Counted from the stretch's first letter, positions 17,338 to 26,693 are shown. The stretch is DNA of 64,000 nt from Patescibacteria group bacterium (GCA_023382875.1 JAHDXH010000001.1:95527-159526), one strand, 5' to 3'. Translations and numbers: made by a program. Notes: generated by a model not told the origin, from the letters alone.

Positions 17338-18207
17338 ATGAATCCACTTGCAACTGCCCTAGTCACGATGAGACGTTCACCCTATCAATCCTTGGTCTCG
17401 ATTGTTATTTTGACTTTTACTTTTTTTGTTGCCTATTGTTTCTCTTTTTTCTTAGCCGGCAGCGAAGCTGTATTACGCTTTTTTGAAACAAGACCTCAAG
17501 TAATTGCTTTCTTTGATATCAATGCTGGTTCTGAACAAATCAATCAAGTTGGTCAAGCCATGAAAGAAAAAAGTTATGTTTCTTCGATTAAAATTGTCAG
17601 CAAAGATGAAGCTTTGAAGATTTATCAAGACGAAAACAAAGATGATCCCCTTCTTTTAGAACTGGTGACGGCTCAAATTTTGCCAGCCTCCATTGAAGTT
17701 TCTGGTTATAACATTGAAGATCTCACCCAAATCAAGTCTGACCTATCTAGTTATGAAAAAATTGAAGAGGTAGTCTTGCAAGATAGCTTGGTTGAGTCTT
17801 TATCAGGTTGGACCAACTCAATTCGTTTAGTCGGTGGAGTCAGTGTTGTTTTACTGAGCTTAGTTTCGTTAATGATTATGGTGACGGTGATTGGTATGAA
17901 AGTAGTGGCTAAGAGACCGGCAATTAAAATTATGCGTTTGATTGGTGCTACGAGCTGGTTTATTCGTTCGCCATTTGTTTTTGAAGGCATTGTTTATGGT
18001 TTAGTTAGCTCCCTTTTGGGTTGGGGTTTGAGCTATGTTGCTCTCCTCTATATCACCCCCTGGTTAACTGAGTTTTTGGCTAATATTCCAATTTTCCCTA
18101 TTCCTCCAGCTTTTTATGCTCTCCAGCTGGGAGTAGGTACAGGGCTAGGTATGATGCTTGGCGCAATTGCTGGGGGTGTAGCTGTTGGTAGAATGATCAA
18201 AAAGTAA
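17338..18207 (+). CDS. ftsX: Cell division permease FtsX
   Basis: 4 TM layout, VSKDEAL, LPAS, IMRLIGATSWFIRSPF..EG. Confidence 0.92.
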   Translation: MNPLATALVTMRRSPYQSLVSIVILTFTFFVAYCFSFFLAGSEAVLRFFETRPQVIAFFDINAGSEQINQVGQAMKEKSYVSSIKIVSKDEALKIYQDENKDDPLLLELVTAQILPASIEVSGYNIEDLTQIKSDLSSYEKIEEVVLQDSLVESLSGWTNSIRLVGGVSVVLLSLVSLMIMVTVIGMKVVAKRPAIKIMRLIGATSWFIRSPFVFEGIVYGLVSSLLGWGLSYVALLYITPWLTEFLANIPIFPIPPAFYALQLGVGTGLGMMLGAIAGGVAVGRMIKK

Positions 18208-18220
18208 TAATTATTTACAG

Positions 18221-19450
18221 ATGAACTTTTTTCTTAGAACTACAATCTTTTCTCTTGTGCTCGGATTTTTTGCCTTTCTATTGCCTTTTAGTGTTCAAGC
18301 TCAAAGTTGTGAAAATGTGAAGTGTGATAGCAACAGCGATAATTATCTAACTTGTCTTAACGACAAACAGATTTGTCTTGAGGCAAAAATAGAAGAAACC
18401 AAAAAAGAAGCTAGCACACTTAAGAGTGCTATTAATATTTTTGATGGACAAATTAGTGTTTTACAGCTGCAAATTGATCAAAACGTTTATCAAATCAATA
18501 AACTTGAAAAGGAAATTAACGAGCTGGGCGATCGGATTGATGGACTCAATCTTTCCCTTGATAAATTATCGAGCATCATGGTTGAGAGAGTTGGTGAGCA
18601 TTATAAAAGAAATTACGATAGCCCTGTAGTTTTGTTCTTTGCTCAAGATAAATTTGCCAAATTGGTTAGTGAATATAAATCTCTTTCTTTGGCCAAAAAA
18701 CAAACTTTGGAAGCTATGGAAAAAGCCGAGAGTTTAAGACTTAACTATGATGAACAAAAACAAACCAAGGAAACTAAGCAACTTGAGCTAGAAAAGAAGA
18801 AAAAAGATTTGGATGGGAAAAAAAGAGAGTTAGCACAGCAACGAAGTAGCAAAGAAAACTTACTTCAACAGACAAAAAATAACGAAAAACTTTATCAGAA
18901 TCTTTTAGCCGAAGCTAAAGCTGAAGTGGCAAAATTAAAGAGTTTCACCGCCTCCAAAGCCGGCGGTGTTTTATCAGCCCAGAATAGTCCGGATGGTTGG
19001 TACTTCTCACAAAGAGATGAGCGTTGGGCAAATTATCGAATTGGCAATAGTTCTGAAATTATTTATGACGTTGGTTGTTTAGTTAGTAGCGTGGCAATGA
19101 TTAGAAAGAAATTTGGTGATGATGTAACCCCAATAACGATCGCTTCCAACAATAGTTTGTTTTTCTCTAACACAGCCAACATGATGTTGAGTAATCCGTC
19201 TTGGTCTGCACCATCTGGTTATCATTATGAACACTCTTCATATTCTCAATCAAAACTAGATCAGGAGTTGGAGAAAAATCCGGTGATTGTTAAATTGCTG
19301 GCTGGTTCATATGGCACTCATTTCATTGTTATTAAAGAGAAAAAAGATGGAAAGTATATTATTCATGATCCTTGGGAGGGTTATGATAAAAATTTCTCGG
19401 ATTTTTATTCAACTAGTCAAATTAGTAGAATCAGTTACTTAGTCAAATAA
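18221..19450 (+). CDS. Secreted PcsB/EnvC-like coiled-coil protein with C39-like cysteine peptidase domain
   Basis: Signal peptide, Cys-rich cap, long coiled coil, FSQRDERW, GCLVSSVAM, THFIV, IHDP. Confidence 0.8.
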   Translation: MNFFLRTTIFSLVLGFFAFLLPFSVQAQSCENVKCDSNSDNYLTCLNDKQICLEAKIEETKKEASTLKSAINIFDGQISVLQLQIDQNVYQINKLEKEINELGDRIDGLNLSLDKLSSIMVERVGEHYKRNYDSPVVLFFAQDKFAKLVSEYKSLSLAKKQTLEAMEKAESLRLNYDEQKQTKETKQLELEKKKKDLDGKKRELAQQRSSKENLLQQTKNNEKLYQNLLAEAKAEVAKLKSFTASKAGGVLSAQNSPDGWYFSQRDERWANYRIGNSSEIIYDVGCLVSSVAMIRKKFGDDVTPITIASNNSLFFSNTANMMLSNPSWSAPSGYHYEHSSYSQSKLDQELEKNPVIVKLLAGSYGTHFIVIKEKKDGKYIIHDPWEGYDKNFSDFYSTSQISRISYLVK

Positions 19451-19476
19451 CCTCAAATCATTTATGATATAGAAGT

Positions 19477-20733
19477 ATGAGGTTTAAATTAATCTTAGTT
19501 AGCCTTTTCTTAAGCGTATTTTTTAACTTTACTTTTGTCAGTGTTGTAGCTGCTGCGGAATGCTCACAAACAGATTGTAGTTCTGTTGCCGAGAGTGAAA
19601 AACAAAACTGTTTGACTAAAAATATTCAGTGTCTAACTCAAAAAATTAGTGAAACCAAAACTCAGGCGGTGACTTTGCGTAATACGATTGCCATTCTTGA
19701 GCACGAAGTTTCAGTGCTTCAGCTCCAAATTGACCAAAGTTTATTTGAAATCACAGCCTTAGAAAAAGAAGTTCAGGCTTTGGGGGTGAGAATTGAACAG
19801 CTAAATCAAGATTTGGATAAGTTGGTGGATTATTTACTGGTTCGAGTGGTTGAACTCTATAAAAAAAGATTTATTACACCCCTCTCAATCCTATTTTCTT
19901 TTGAAAGTTTGTCGGATAAAGCGTCCAATTTACAGTATATAAAAATCACCCAACAGCAAGTGGCCAACAGTATGAGTCAGGCTGAGGATCAAAGGTTGGA
20001 ATTTGATAATCAAAAGAAACTCAAAGAACAAAAACAAAAAGAGTTGGAGGCAAAGAGAATTAAGCTTAATAGCCAGCAAAACGAATTGGAAGCCAAACAA
20101 CAACTTCAAGAAAACTTATTGAAAGAAACCAATCACAATGAGGCAGAATTCCAAAAGCAGCTAGACTCAGAAAAAGAAGAGTTCTTGGCTATTCAAGCCA
20201 TCTGTTCTGGTCAAGCTAATGAAGAAGAAATTAGGCATGTTTCCGCTGGAGAAAAAATTGCCACTTTGATTCAAGGTGCTTCATGTAACTCTGATGGCAC
20301 TCATTTGCATTTCTCTGTTCGGGAAAAGTCATTAAGTCCAATTACCAATAAAGATGAATATTTTTGTAAAAACCCTTTTAACTACCTGAAAAAAGAGGTT
20401 TCATTCTACAACTGCTCCACTAAGCTTGGTTGTAATCATCCAGATGGAGATCCATTTGTCCCCAGTGGGAGTTGGAACTGGCCGATCAATGAAACAATTT
20501 ACTTCTATCAAGGCTTTGGTTCAACATGGGCTGTTAAAAATGTTGATTGGCTACCATACGATTTCCACAACGGTTTAGATATGAGAGGTGATGGTCTTGA
20601 GGTAAAGGCGGTTCAATCAGGTACACTCTATCATGGTTACTACTCTGGCGGGGGTGGTTGTCAGCTTCCTTACGTCATAGTTCGCCATGATGACTCCAAC
20701 GTTGACTCTCTATATCTCCATGTTAATTATTAA
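19477..20733 (+). CDS. Secreted coiled-coil protein with M23-like metallopeptidase domain (permuted motif order)
   Basis: N-terminus paralogous to the upstream gene; THLHF, WNWP, HNGLD, VKAVQSG, LYLH. Confidence 0.8.
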   Translation: MRFKLILVSLFLSVFFNFTFVSVVAAAECSQTDCSSVAESEKQNCLTKNIQCLTQKISETKTQAVTLRNTIAILEHEVSVLQLQIDQSLFEITALEKEVQALGVRIEQLNQDLDKLVDYLLVRVVELYKKRFITPLSILFSFESLSDKASNLQYIKITQQQVANSMSQAEDQRLEFDNQKKLKEQKQKELEAKRIKLNSQQNELEAKQQLQENLLKETNHNEAEFQKQLDSEKEEFLAIQAICSGQANEEEIRHVSAGEKIATLIQGASCNSDGTHLHFSVREKSLSPITNKDEYFCKNPFNYLKKEVSFYNCSTKLGCNHPDGDPFVPSGSWNWPINETIYFYQGFGSTWAVKNVDWLPYDFHNGLDMRGDGLEVKAVQSGTLYHGYYSGGGGCQLPYVIVRHDDSNVDSLYLHVNY

Positions 20734-20746
20734 TATCCCATAAGTG

Positions 20747-20775
20747 TTGACACAAATAGGCTTATAATATATAAT
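20747..20775 (+). promoter_or_regulatory. Consensus sigma70 promoter
   Basis: TTGACA-N17-TATAAT, 14 nt upstream of ATG 20790. Confidence 0.75.
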
Positions 20776-20789
20776 TGGGTACTATAACT

Positions 20790-21053
20790 ATGAATAAAAA
20801 CAAATTGTTCATCGCCATCTTATTAAGTTTTGCTATTTTTGGTTTTTCTTTTAGTGGTGTAGCCGCTGATACCTACGGTCAAGAAAATTGTACTTCTACC
20901 TATGGTCAAGCTGGTTGTATTACTTCTACCGAAGCTTCCAAGTCTGCCGTTTATTTGGCTGATACTGCCTTAGACACTCCTTCATTGATTGTCGCTGGTG
21001 GAGTCATGCTTAGCGGCATCGTCGCTTTGGTTCTCAAGAAAAAAATTGCTTAA
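20790..21053 (+). CDS. Small secreted protein with sortase-type sorting signal
   Basis: Signal peptide, (T-Y-G-Q-x-x-C)x2, LADTA + hydrophobic helix + KKK; adjacent to sortase. Confidence 0.8.
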   Translation: MNKNKLFIAILLSFAIFGFSFSGVAADTYGQENCTSTYGQAGCITSTEASKSAVYLADTALDTPSLIVAGGVMLSGIVALVLKKKIA

Positions 21054-21099
21054 TTTTTACTAGATTTTTGTCTAGTTAGCTAAAAGTAGAATTCTGAAG

Positions 21100-21849
21100 A
21101 TGAGTTTGATTTACACTTCCTCTCCAGTAGTTCGCCGATCACCTAGTTACAAAAAAACTAGGCTGACTTTATTGGGTCAAAAGAAAAAGGTCGGAAATTT
21201 TCACAACAACAAATTAAGTAAAAAGTTGACCTCAGCCTTTTTAAGTCTGGTCATCGTTTTTTCACTGCTTTTTAGTGGTGTCTTCTTGATCCCAAAAATT
21301 GTTTACGCTTTTTACGATCCTAATACTTTAGTTTTGACTAACTCGGTCAACGAAACTGCTTTGGGTGGTGATGTGGAGTCTGGACCTAAACATTCTAGCT
21401 ATTTGCCAGAGATTAATGAAAATTTGCCTGAAGAAAATTGGTTAGAAATCCCCTTTATTGGCGTTAGGTCATTAATTCACGAAACAGTTGACCCAGAAGA
21501 AGCGCTTGATCAAGGTGTGTGGTTAGATCCTGCCTTTGGCGTGCCTGGTGAAGGCAAGACGGTGATTTTAGCCGCTCATCGCTATGGATGGAAATGGTGG
21601 TGGAAAGATGAATACTGGCGCTATAACTCATTTTATAACTTGCCTGAAACAGAGGTTGGCGATGTAGTTGAAATCACTTATGGTCAAAGAAAATTTGTTT
21701 ACGAAATTTACTTGGCCACTGAAGGTGAAGAGATTACGGACTTTAATGCTGACTTAATTTTGTACACCTGTAAGTATTTAGATTCGCCGATTAGATATTT
21801 CCGTTATGCTAGGTTAATCGATCCGACACAAGATAGTCAGAGCCTGTAA
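21100..21849 (+). CDS. Sortase
   Basis: N-terminal TM, LEIP, ILAAHR, VGD, LILYTC, IRY (His-Cys-Arg triad). Confidence 0.88.
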   Translation: MSLIYTSSPVVRRSPSYKKTRLTLLGQKKKVGNFHNNKLSKKLTSAFLSLVIVFSLLFSGVFLIPKIVYAFYDPNTLVLTNSVNETALGGDVESGPKHSSYLPEINENLPEENWLEIPFIGVRSLIHETVDPEEALDQGVWLDPAFGVPGEGKTVILAAHRYGWKWWWKDEYWRYNSFYNLPETEVGDVVEITYGQRKFVYEIYLATEGEEITDFNADLILYTCKYLDSPIRYFRYARLIDPTQDSQSL

Positions 21850-21885
21850 TGTTGATTATTAAGACATAATTTGATATAATAAACT

Positions 21886-22158
21886 ATGAATTTAGATAAT
21901 ATGAATACAAACAAAACATTCACTTTAGCCCACGCTTTGCTCGTTTTGAGTTTATCCGTTTTATTGACCGGAGCTTTAATCGCAGCTAGTCAGGTGGCTA
22001 AGGCTGCTTGGGAATTGGAAGCTAGTAAGGCTCAAACCAAAACTCAAGCGGTTAAAAATTGTTTTGAAATTGCCAGAGGTACTAGAACCACTAGTGGTTC
22101 TAGCGCTAATGAAAATTGGCAATTGAGTCAAGTTGACCTAAACTACGAAGTTATTTAG
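21886..22158 (+). CDS. Hypothetical membrane-anchored protein, possibly truncated by an in-frame TAG
   Basis: TM helix, single Cys; frame continues KCLGEVDAQ to TAA at 22186-22188. Confidence 0.7.
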   Translation: MNLDNMNTNKTFTLAHALLVLSLSVLLTGALIAASQVAKAAWELEASKAQTKTQAVKNCFEIARGTRTTSGSSANENWQLSQVDLNYEVI

Positions 22159-22205
22159 AAGTGTTTAGGTGAAGTTGACGCCCAATAAATTGGTCTCAAG
22201 CACCG

Positions 22206-22329
22206 GATGAATCTTCTGGTTCATCTCATGCTGTAGATCAACAAGATCTCAGCGCTCTTTAAAAACATATTCAAAACTACGACTGGTTCACCAAGTGTCA
22301 TTTGTGGCCTTTGGTAAACCAGTTGTAGT
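22206..22329 (+). promoter_or_regulatory. Structured leader: two hairpins, boxA-like motif, long hairpin
   Basis: GATGAA/TTCATC; GCTG-T-AGATC/GATCT-CAGC; CGCTCTTTAAAA at 22253-22264; ACTACGACTGGTTCACCAA/TTGGTAAACCAGTTGTAGT. Confidence 0.55.
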
Positions 22330-22400
22330 GTGAGGAAATACCCGATCCCAACTGGTCGAAGTATCGAAGTCAAGTCAACCTATTCTCAAGGAGAACTGCT

Positions 22401-23141
22401 GTGAAGACGAAACTGTATTCCGTTCTGTTGGTGCTGGCTCTGCTGAGCCTGCTGGTGGTGCCTGCCGCTCAGGCACAGGACAATTCCGATGAGGTTTCTG
22501 GCGAAGGCTGGAGCATCACTGGCGATGTCCCCGAAGAAGTCGTCCCCAATAAGTGGGAACTGGAAGAGTCTGATGACGAATCCAGCATCTTGCCACAAGG
22601 CGGATGGATGTTCAATGCCGCCGGCGTTTTGAGTGCCGCCCGCTACGAAGACGCTGAAGCCAACGAATCGGCTGTCTGGTCTGGCGCTGGTGACGTTCAG
22701 GAACTGCTGGAAAACCGCACAGCCGAACTCATCCTGCCCGAAAGTGGCTACATGATGGTGGTCGGCGCGGGCTTCGATGTGACCTGTGGCGGCTATTCTG
22801 TCTCGTTGGAGCCGCAAGAAGACCACGCGTGGTTTCTCGTTTTGCGCGGACGCGCCGATGGTCGTGGTGACCGCAACGTGGTCTGCGAATTCAGCAATTA
22901 CACGGCGGGCGCCGTGTTAGTGACCATGTACGCTGTGCCGGTTCACGCCAGCGCGTTTTTCTCTGAAGGCTACCTCGCCGACAATATGGAAAACGCACGG
23001 GTGCGCAAGAACTGCGGCGCAACCGGTTGCTCGTACACCAGCGTGCTGGCCCTCGATGTGAACGATGGCGCTTACGGTGCATGGACGTATGGCGATGAGG
23101 AGTTTGAACTCGAAGTCACCAATGCGGTCATGCCTGAGTAA
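22401..23141 (+). CDS. GC-rich secreted acidic hypothetical protein (probably horizontally acquired)
   Basis: AAGGAG SD, signal peptide ending AQA, NCGATGC motif; sampled lines 52-62% GC versus ~37% in the next gene. Confidence 0.85.
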   Translation: MKTKLYSVLLVLALLSLLVVPAAQAQDNSDEVSGEGWSITGDVPEEVVPNKWELEESDDESSILPQGGWMFNAAGVLSAARYEDAEANESAVWSGAGDVQELLENRTAELILPESGYMMVVGAGFDVTCGGYSVSLEPQEDHAWFLVLRGRADGRGDRNVVCEFSNYTAGAVLVTMYAVPVHASAFFSEGYLADNMENARVRKNCGATGCSYTSVLALDVNDGAYGAWTYGDEEFELEVTNAVMPE

Positions 23142-23185
23142 TCAGCCCCCGGACGGTCTGCCCCCACAATTGAATATGTTCAACT

Positions 23186-23215
23186 TTCTCCTCGGGCCCC
23201 AAACCCGAGGAGAAT
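23186..23215 (+). terminator. Hairpin after the GC-rich gene
   Basis: TTCTCCTCGGG-CCCCAAA-CCCGAGGAGAA. Confidence 0.7.
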
Positions 23216-23255
23216 ACTTGTGTTCATCTCTTTAAACAGTTAATCTTAAGTAGAG

Positions 23256-26200
23256 GTGAATAGAAGTATTCTCACCGAAGTATTCATGAAGAAAGCTCTG
23301 CCCCACTTTACTAAATTCGGTGATTGGTTTTTTCAAAAGCTTAAGATTCACTATCCCCTATTAATTGTCCTAAGCATCGCTTTAATTATTGCTGCCAAAA
23401 ACATTGGTTTTAATCAGTGGTATTCTGGCTGGGATAATTTGCACGGCGAGTTTGATTTAAGTCGTTACACGAGCCAAGTTTTGGGTGGAGCATGGTTGGA
23501 GCATCAAGGTTTAGGTGCACCGATGAATTTGGCGCACTTGGCCGAGGTGTCACGTTTGCCGATTCTGTGGCTGTTAGCGACTGTTTTGCCTGATCATTTA
23601 ATTAGAATTACTTTTATTTTTTTGATGTACACCATAGGTGGCATCAGCATGTACTTTTTTCTTTCCCAGGTTTGGGTTGATCATCGCTTGGGCGCAGCTA
23701 AGAACTGGGTGGCAGCTCTTGGTGGAGTTTTATATCTTCTTCACATTTTGACTTTGCAGCAGTTTTATATTGCTTTTGAAATGTTCACGGTTCAATTTGC
23801 TTTTTTGCCTTTATTGTTTTTGATAGTTCACCGTTTCAGAAAGAAAGTTTTGGCGCCAACTGTTGTTTTATTTGCTGGATTGCAAATGCTTTTAGCACCC
23901 AGTGGTCATACGCCAACCAATTTTTATTTGGCGGTTTTGAGTTCACAGGTTTATGGTTTTTTCTTACTTTTACCAAAAGGACTGATGAAGGCATTAAAAA
24001 CGGCTTTTGTGATTGGCCTTTTGACTTTTGTTATTAATAGTTATTGGATTGTCCCCAATCTTTATTACACTTTCCATAACGCTCATTACGTTCAAGAAAG
24101 CCATGATAATCAACTATTTGCTCCTGAATCGGTTTCCAGTATTAGAGAGGCTGGAACTTGGCAAAATTTTCTTAAAGGCACGCAGTATTTGTTGGAATGG
24201 AAAGATTACGATTTTGAAACCAAGCAACTGGAGCTGATTTTTAACGATTGGCAAGAGCATTTGAATTTGCCGTATGTTCAGGTAATGTTGGTGGGAATTA
24301 GTTTGTTTACTATTTTTGGTTTGTTGACAGTTATTTTTAATCGGCGCAAAGGGACAAAGAGATGGGCAATTGCTTTGATTTATGTGGGCTGCGTGAGTTT
24401 TATTTGGATGGGTCTTTTCCCCAGTGGCTGGTTGTTTGAAAAACTTTATCAAGTTGGTTCGTTTACTGAAGCTTTTCGCAATCCTTTTACTAAACTTTCA
24501 ATTATTTATTCAGTAGTGTCGGTGATTTTATTTGTCAGTTTTTGGGAAGTATTGCTTTTGAAGATAAAGAAACACTTTAGGCCAGCGATAGTTTTACTTT
24601 TGATGGTGGCTATTGGCTATACGGTTTGGCCAAGTTTTGAAGGTCACTTTATTAGTGAAAAATTAAAAGTTCAGTATCCTAGTCAATACTTTGAGATGTT
24701 CGCTTTTTTGAGAAAAAAAGATCCACAGCTAAGAATTCTACCTCTACCTCAGCTTAACCACGCGGGTTGGGAATATTTTGATTGGCAGTTTTTGGGCAAA
24801 GGTAATGGTTATCAAGGAATGGGTTTTTACTTTTTTGGTGTGCCGCAGCCAGTTCTCCATCGCGACTCCGACCGTTGGGTGGAAACTTCAGATTTTTTCT
24901 TTCATGAGTTGAAGTACGCGCTCGATAGTCAGGATCTGAATTTATTCAACCAGGTAGTGGAAAAATATAAAATCGACCTGATTTTGATCGACGAAACTAG
25001 AGTTGACCCAAGTCGAGTGGTTGATTTTTCAACTCAGCACCAATTGGCTAAATTAGCTGGCTTTAGCAAAATTTGGCAGTTGGATTTTTTGAGTATTTAC
25101 CAAAAACCCACCCCCAATGCAGAAAGTAAGCTATTAATTCCACCTACGATCAATAAAGTTGACACTAACGCTAATCGAGTAATTTTTGACGCTGCATTTA
25201 AAGAGCAAAAAGATTATTTGTTAGATAAAAAGGACGCCGGTGTTAGTTATCCTCTGGCTGAATTATTGACCAAGCAAGTTGACAACATTGTTTATGCTGA
25301 TGATCACATTAGTTTAACCAAAAAGTTACCAGACAATTTTAGAGGTGAAGTCAATCTTAAAATTCCTGACCTGATGTCTAGTGTTGTGCCGGTGGCAGTT
25401 TCATATCACCAGGGCGAACTGGTGGTGGCTTTTCCAAAAACTGAGTTAAGATTTACAGATCAAATTATTGAACTTCCTCATTTGGAAAACCAAAACTTTG
25501 TCATTCCTAATGCTCCAGCTTCATTATTAGTTTTATTTGACAATCAAGTTGTTACAGTTGGTGAGGGTCAAACAAGCTATCAAGTTTTGAATATTAAAGA
25601 CAATAATTCACTCAAGCTAAGTTTTGCTGTTCAACCTGCTGTTTTGCCCAAAACCCAAGATGGTTTTATTGATGGCTCTAGGTTGGAGATCAATGATTTG
25701 GCTGAGATCGGGGTGAGCCACAAACTTTGGGAAGAAGAAACAAAAAGAGTCGAATTAAATGGTAGTTTGACTGTGGTAACTACTTTCCCATTCAAAAAAT
25801 TAAACATTACTGAGAATCCATCACAAAACTGTTCAAAACCGGAGCGTGGTTCTATTTCTACCAGACAAAGTTTAACTGACAAAAGTGTTTTATATACGGC
25901 AGATTCTTATGGAGTGAACTGTAACGGTTTGTCTCTAATTGATACGAGTAGTTGGGAAGATTATTTGCTCAGAGTGGTTGGTGAAAACCATGAGGGTCGT
26001 GGACTGAAGTTTTTCATTAATCGTAGCAAAACTACCTTGCCCGATGATTATATTTTTTCCACCGCTCAGTATGATTCTGCCATTACTCTTCACGGTCTTT
26101 TTTCATTACCAGAAACTGCTTTGAGTATGAATTGGGAAGCAAGATCGTTGGGCATGAAAACAGTTTCTAGTCTCAATCAAATGTTGCTTTTGCCTGTGCC

Positions 26201-26642
26201 ACTGCAGCAATTGGCTGGTGTTAGCTTGAGTTTGGATGGTGGTGAAACAAAGAAAAATGGAGTTGAGGTTGTTTCTTACTTGTTTGGTTCTGATACCTTC
26301 CACGTTGTAGAGTTGAATTGTCAGCATGCTCCCTGTGCAATTGGCCTTGACCAGTCATATGACTCTGCATGGCTGGGTTTTGTTATGCCTGATAGGTGGT
26401 GGAAGTTTGGCTCCTATAAGCTTTTATCGCACTGGCATTTGAATTCTTGGGCAAACGCGTGGGAAGTTTCTGTAGGTAAACAAAAAATTATGATTTTTTA
26501 TGGTCCGCAAATTTTGACTGGTATCCAACTAATTGGTTTGGGTATGGTAGTAGGCTTGGTTTTGCGCTGGGCAATCAAGTTTTATCAAACAAAGTTTTAC
26601 GCACTCAATAAAAAATTGCGCCGTCGGCTTTTGGGTTTTTAA
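23256..26642 (+). CDS. Large polytopic membrane protein, GT-C fold glycosyltransferase-like (AftD/YfhO-like)
   Basis: GWD in first loop, many TM helices, FRNPFTK, RILPLP, C-terminal SYDSAW and NSWANAW. Confidence 0.7.
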   Translation: MNRSILTEVFMKKALPHFTKFGDWFFQKLKIHYPLLIVLSIALIIAAKNIGFNQWYSGWDNLHGEFDLSRYTSQVLGGAWLEHQGLGAPMNLAHLAEVSRLPILWLLATVLPDHLIRITFIFLMYTIGGISMYFFLSQVWVDHRLGAAKNWVAALGGVLYLLHILTLQQFYIAFEMFTVQFAFLPLLFLIVHRFRKKVLAPTVVLFAGLQMLLAPSGHTPTNFYLAVLSSQVYGFFLLLPKGLMKALKTAFVIGLLTFVINSYWIVPNLYYTFHNAHYVQESHDNQLFAPESVSSIREAGTWQNFLKGTQYLLEWKDYDFETKQLELIFNDWQEHLNLPYVQVMLVGISLFTIFGLLTVIFNRRKGTKRWAIALIYVGCVSFIWMGLFPSGWLFEKLYQVGSFTEAFRNPFTKLSIIYSVVSVILFVSFWEVLLLKIKKHFRPAIVLLLMVAIGYTVWPSFEGHFISEKLKVQYPSQYFEMFAFLRKKDPQLRILPLPQLNHAGWEYFDWQFLGKGNGYQGMGFYFFGVPQPVLHRDSDRWVETSDFFFHELKYALDSQDLNLFNQVVEKYKIDLILIDETRVDPSRVVDFSTQHQLAKLAGFSKIWQLDFLSIYQKPTPNAESKLLIPPTINKVDTNANRVIFDAAFKEQKDYLLDKKDAGVSYPLAELLTKQVDNIVYADDHISLTKKLPDNFRGEVNLKIPDLMSSVVPVAVSYHQGELVVAFPKTELRFTDQIIELPHLENQNFVIPNAPASLLVLFDNQVVTVGEGQTSYQVLNIKDNNSLKLSFAVQPAVLPKTQDGFIDGSRLEINDLAEIGVSHKLWEEETKRVELNGSLTVVTTFPFKKLNITENPSQNCSKPERGSISTRQSLTDKSVLYTADSYGVNCNGLSLIDTSSWEDYLLRVVGENHEGRGLKFFINRSKTTLPDDYIFSTAQYDSAITLHGLFSLPETALSMNWEARSLGMKTVSSLNQMLLLPVPLQQLAGVSLSLDGGETKKNGVEVVSYLFGSDTFHVVELNCQHAPCAIGLDQSYDSAWLGFVMPDRWWKFGSYKLLSHWHLNSWANAWEVSVGKQKIMIFYGPQILTGIQLIGLGMVVGLVLRWAIKFYQTKFYALNKKLRRRLLGF

Positions 26643-26693
26643 CTTGAGATAAATTTCAGATTTGTGTAAGGTTTAGGTTTTATAACAATCTCT

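Noticed and set aside
22200-22400. Retron msr/msd, DGR or attC interpretation of the long hairpins
   Set aside because: No reverse transcriptase or integron integrase in the window, no template/variable repeat pair, no RYYYAAC/GTTRRRY boxes
22386-22826. 146-aa minus-strand ORF in the GC-rich island
   Set aside because: Antisense shadow expected from high GC; the plus-strand ORF has the SD, signal peptide and terminator
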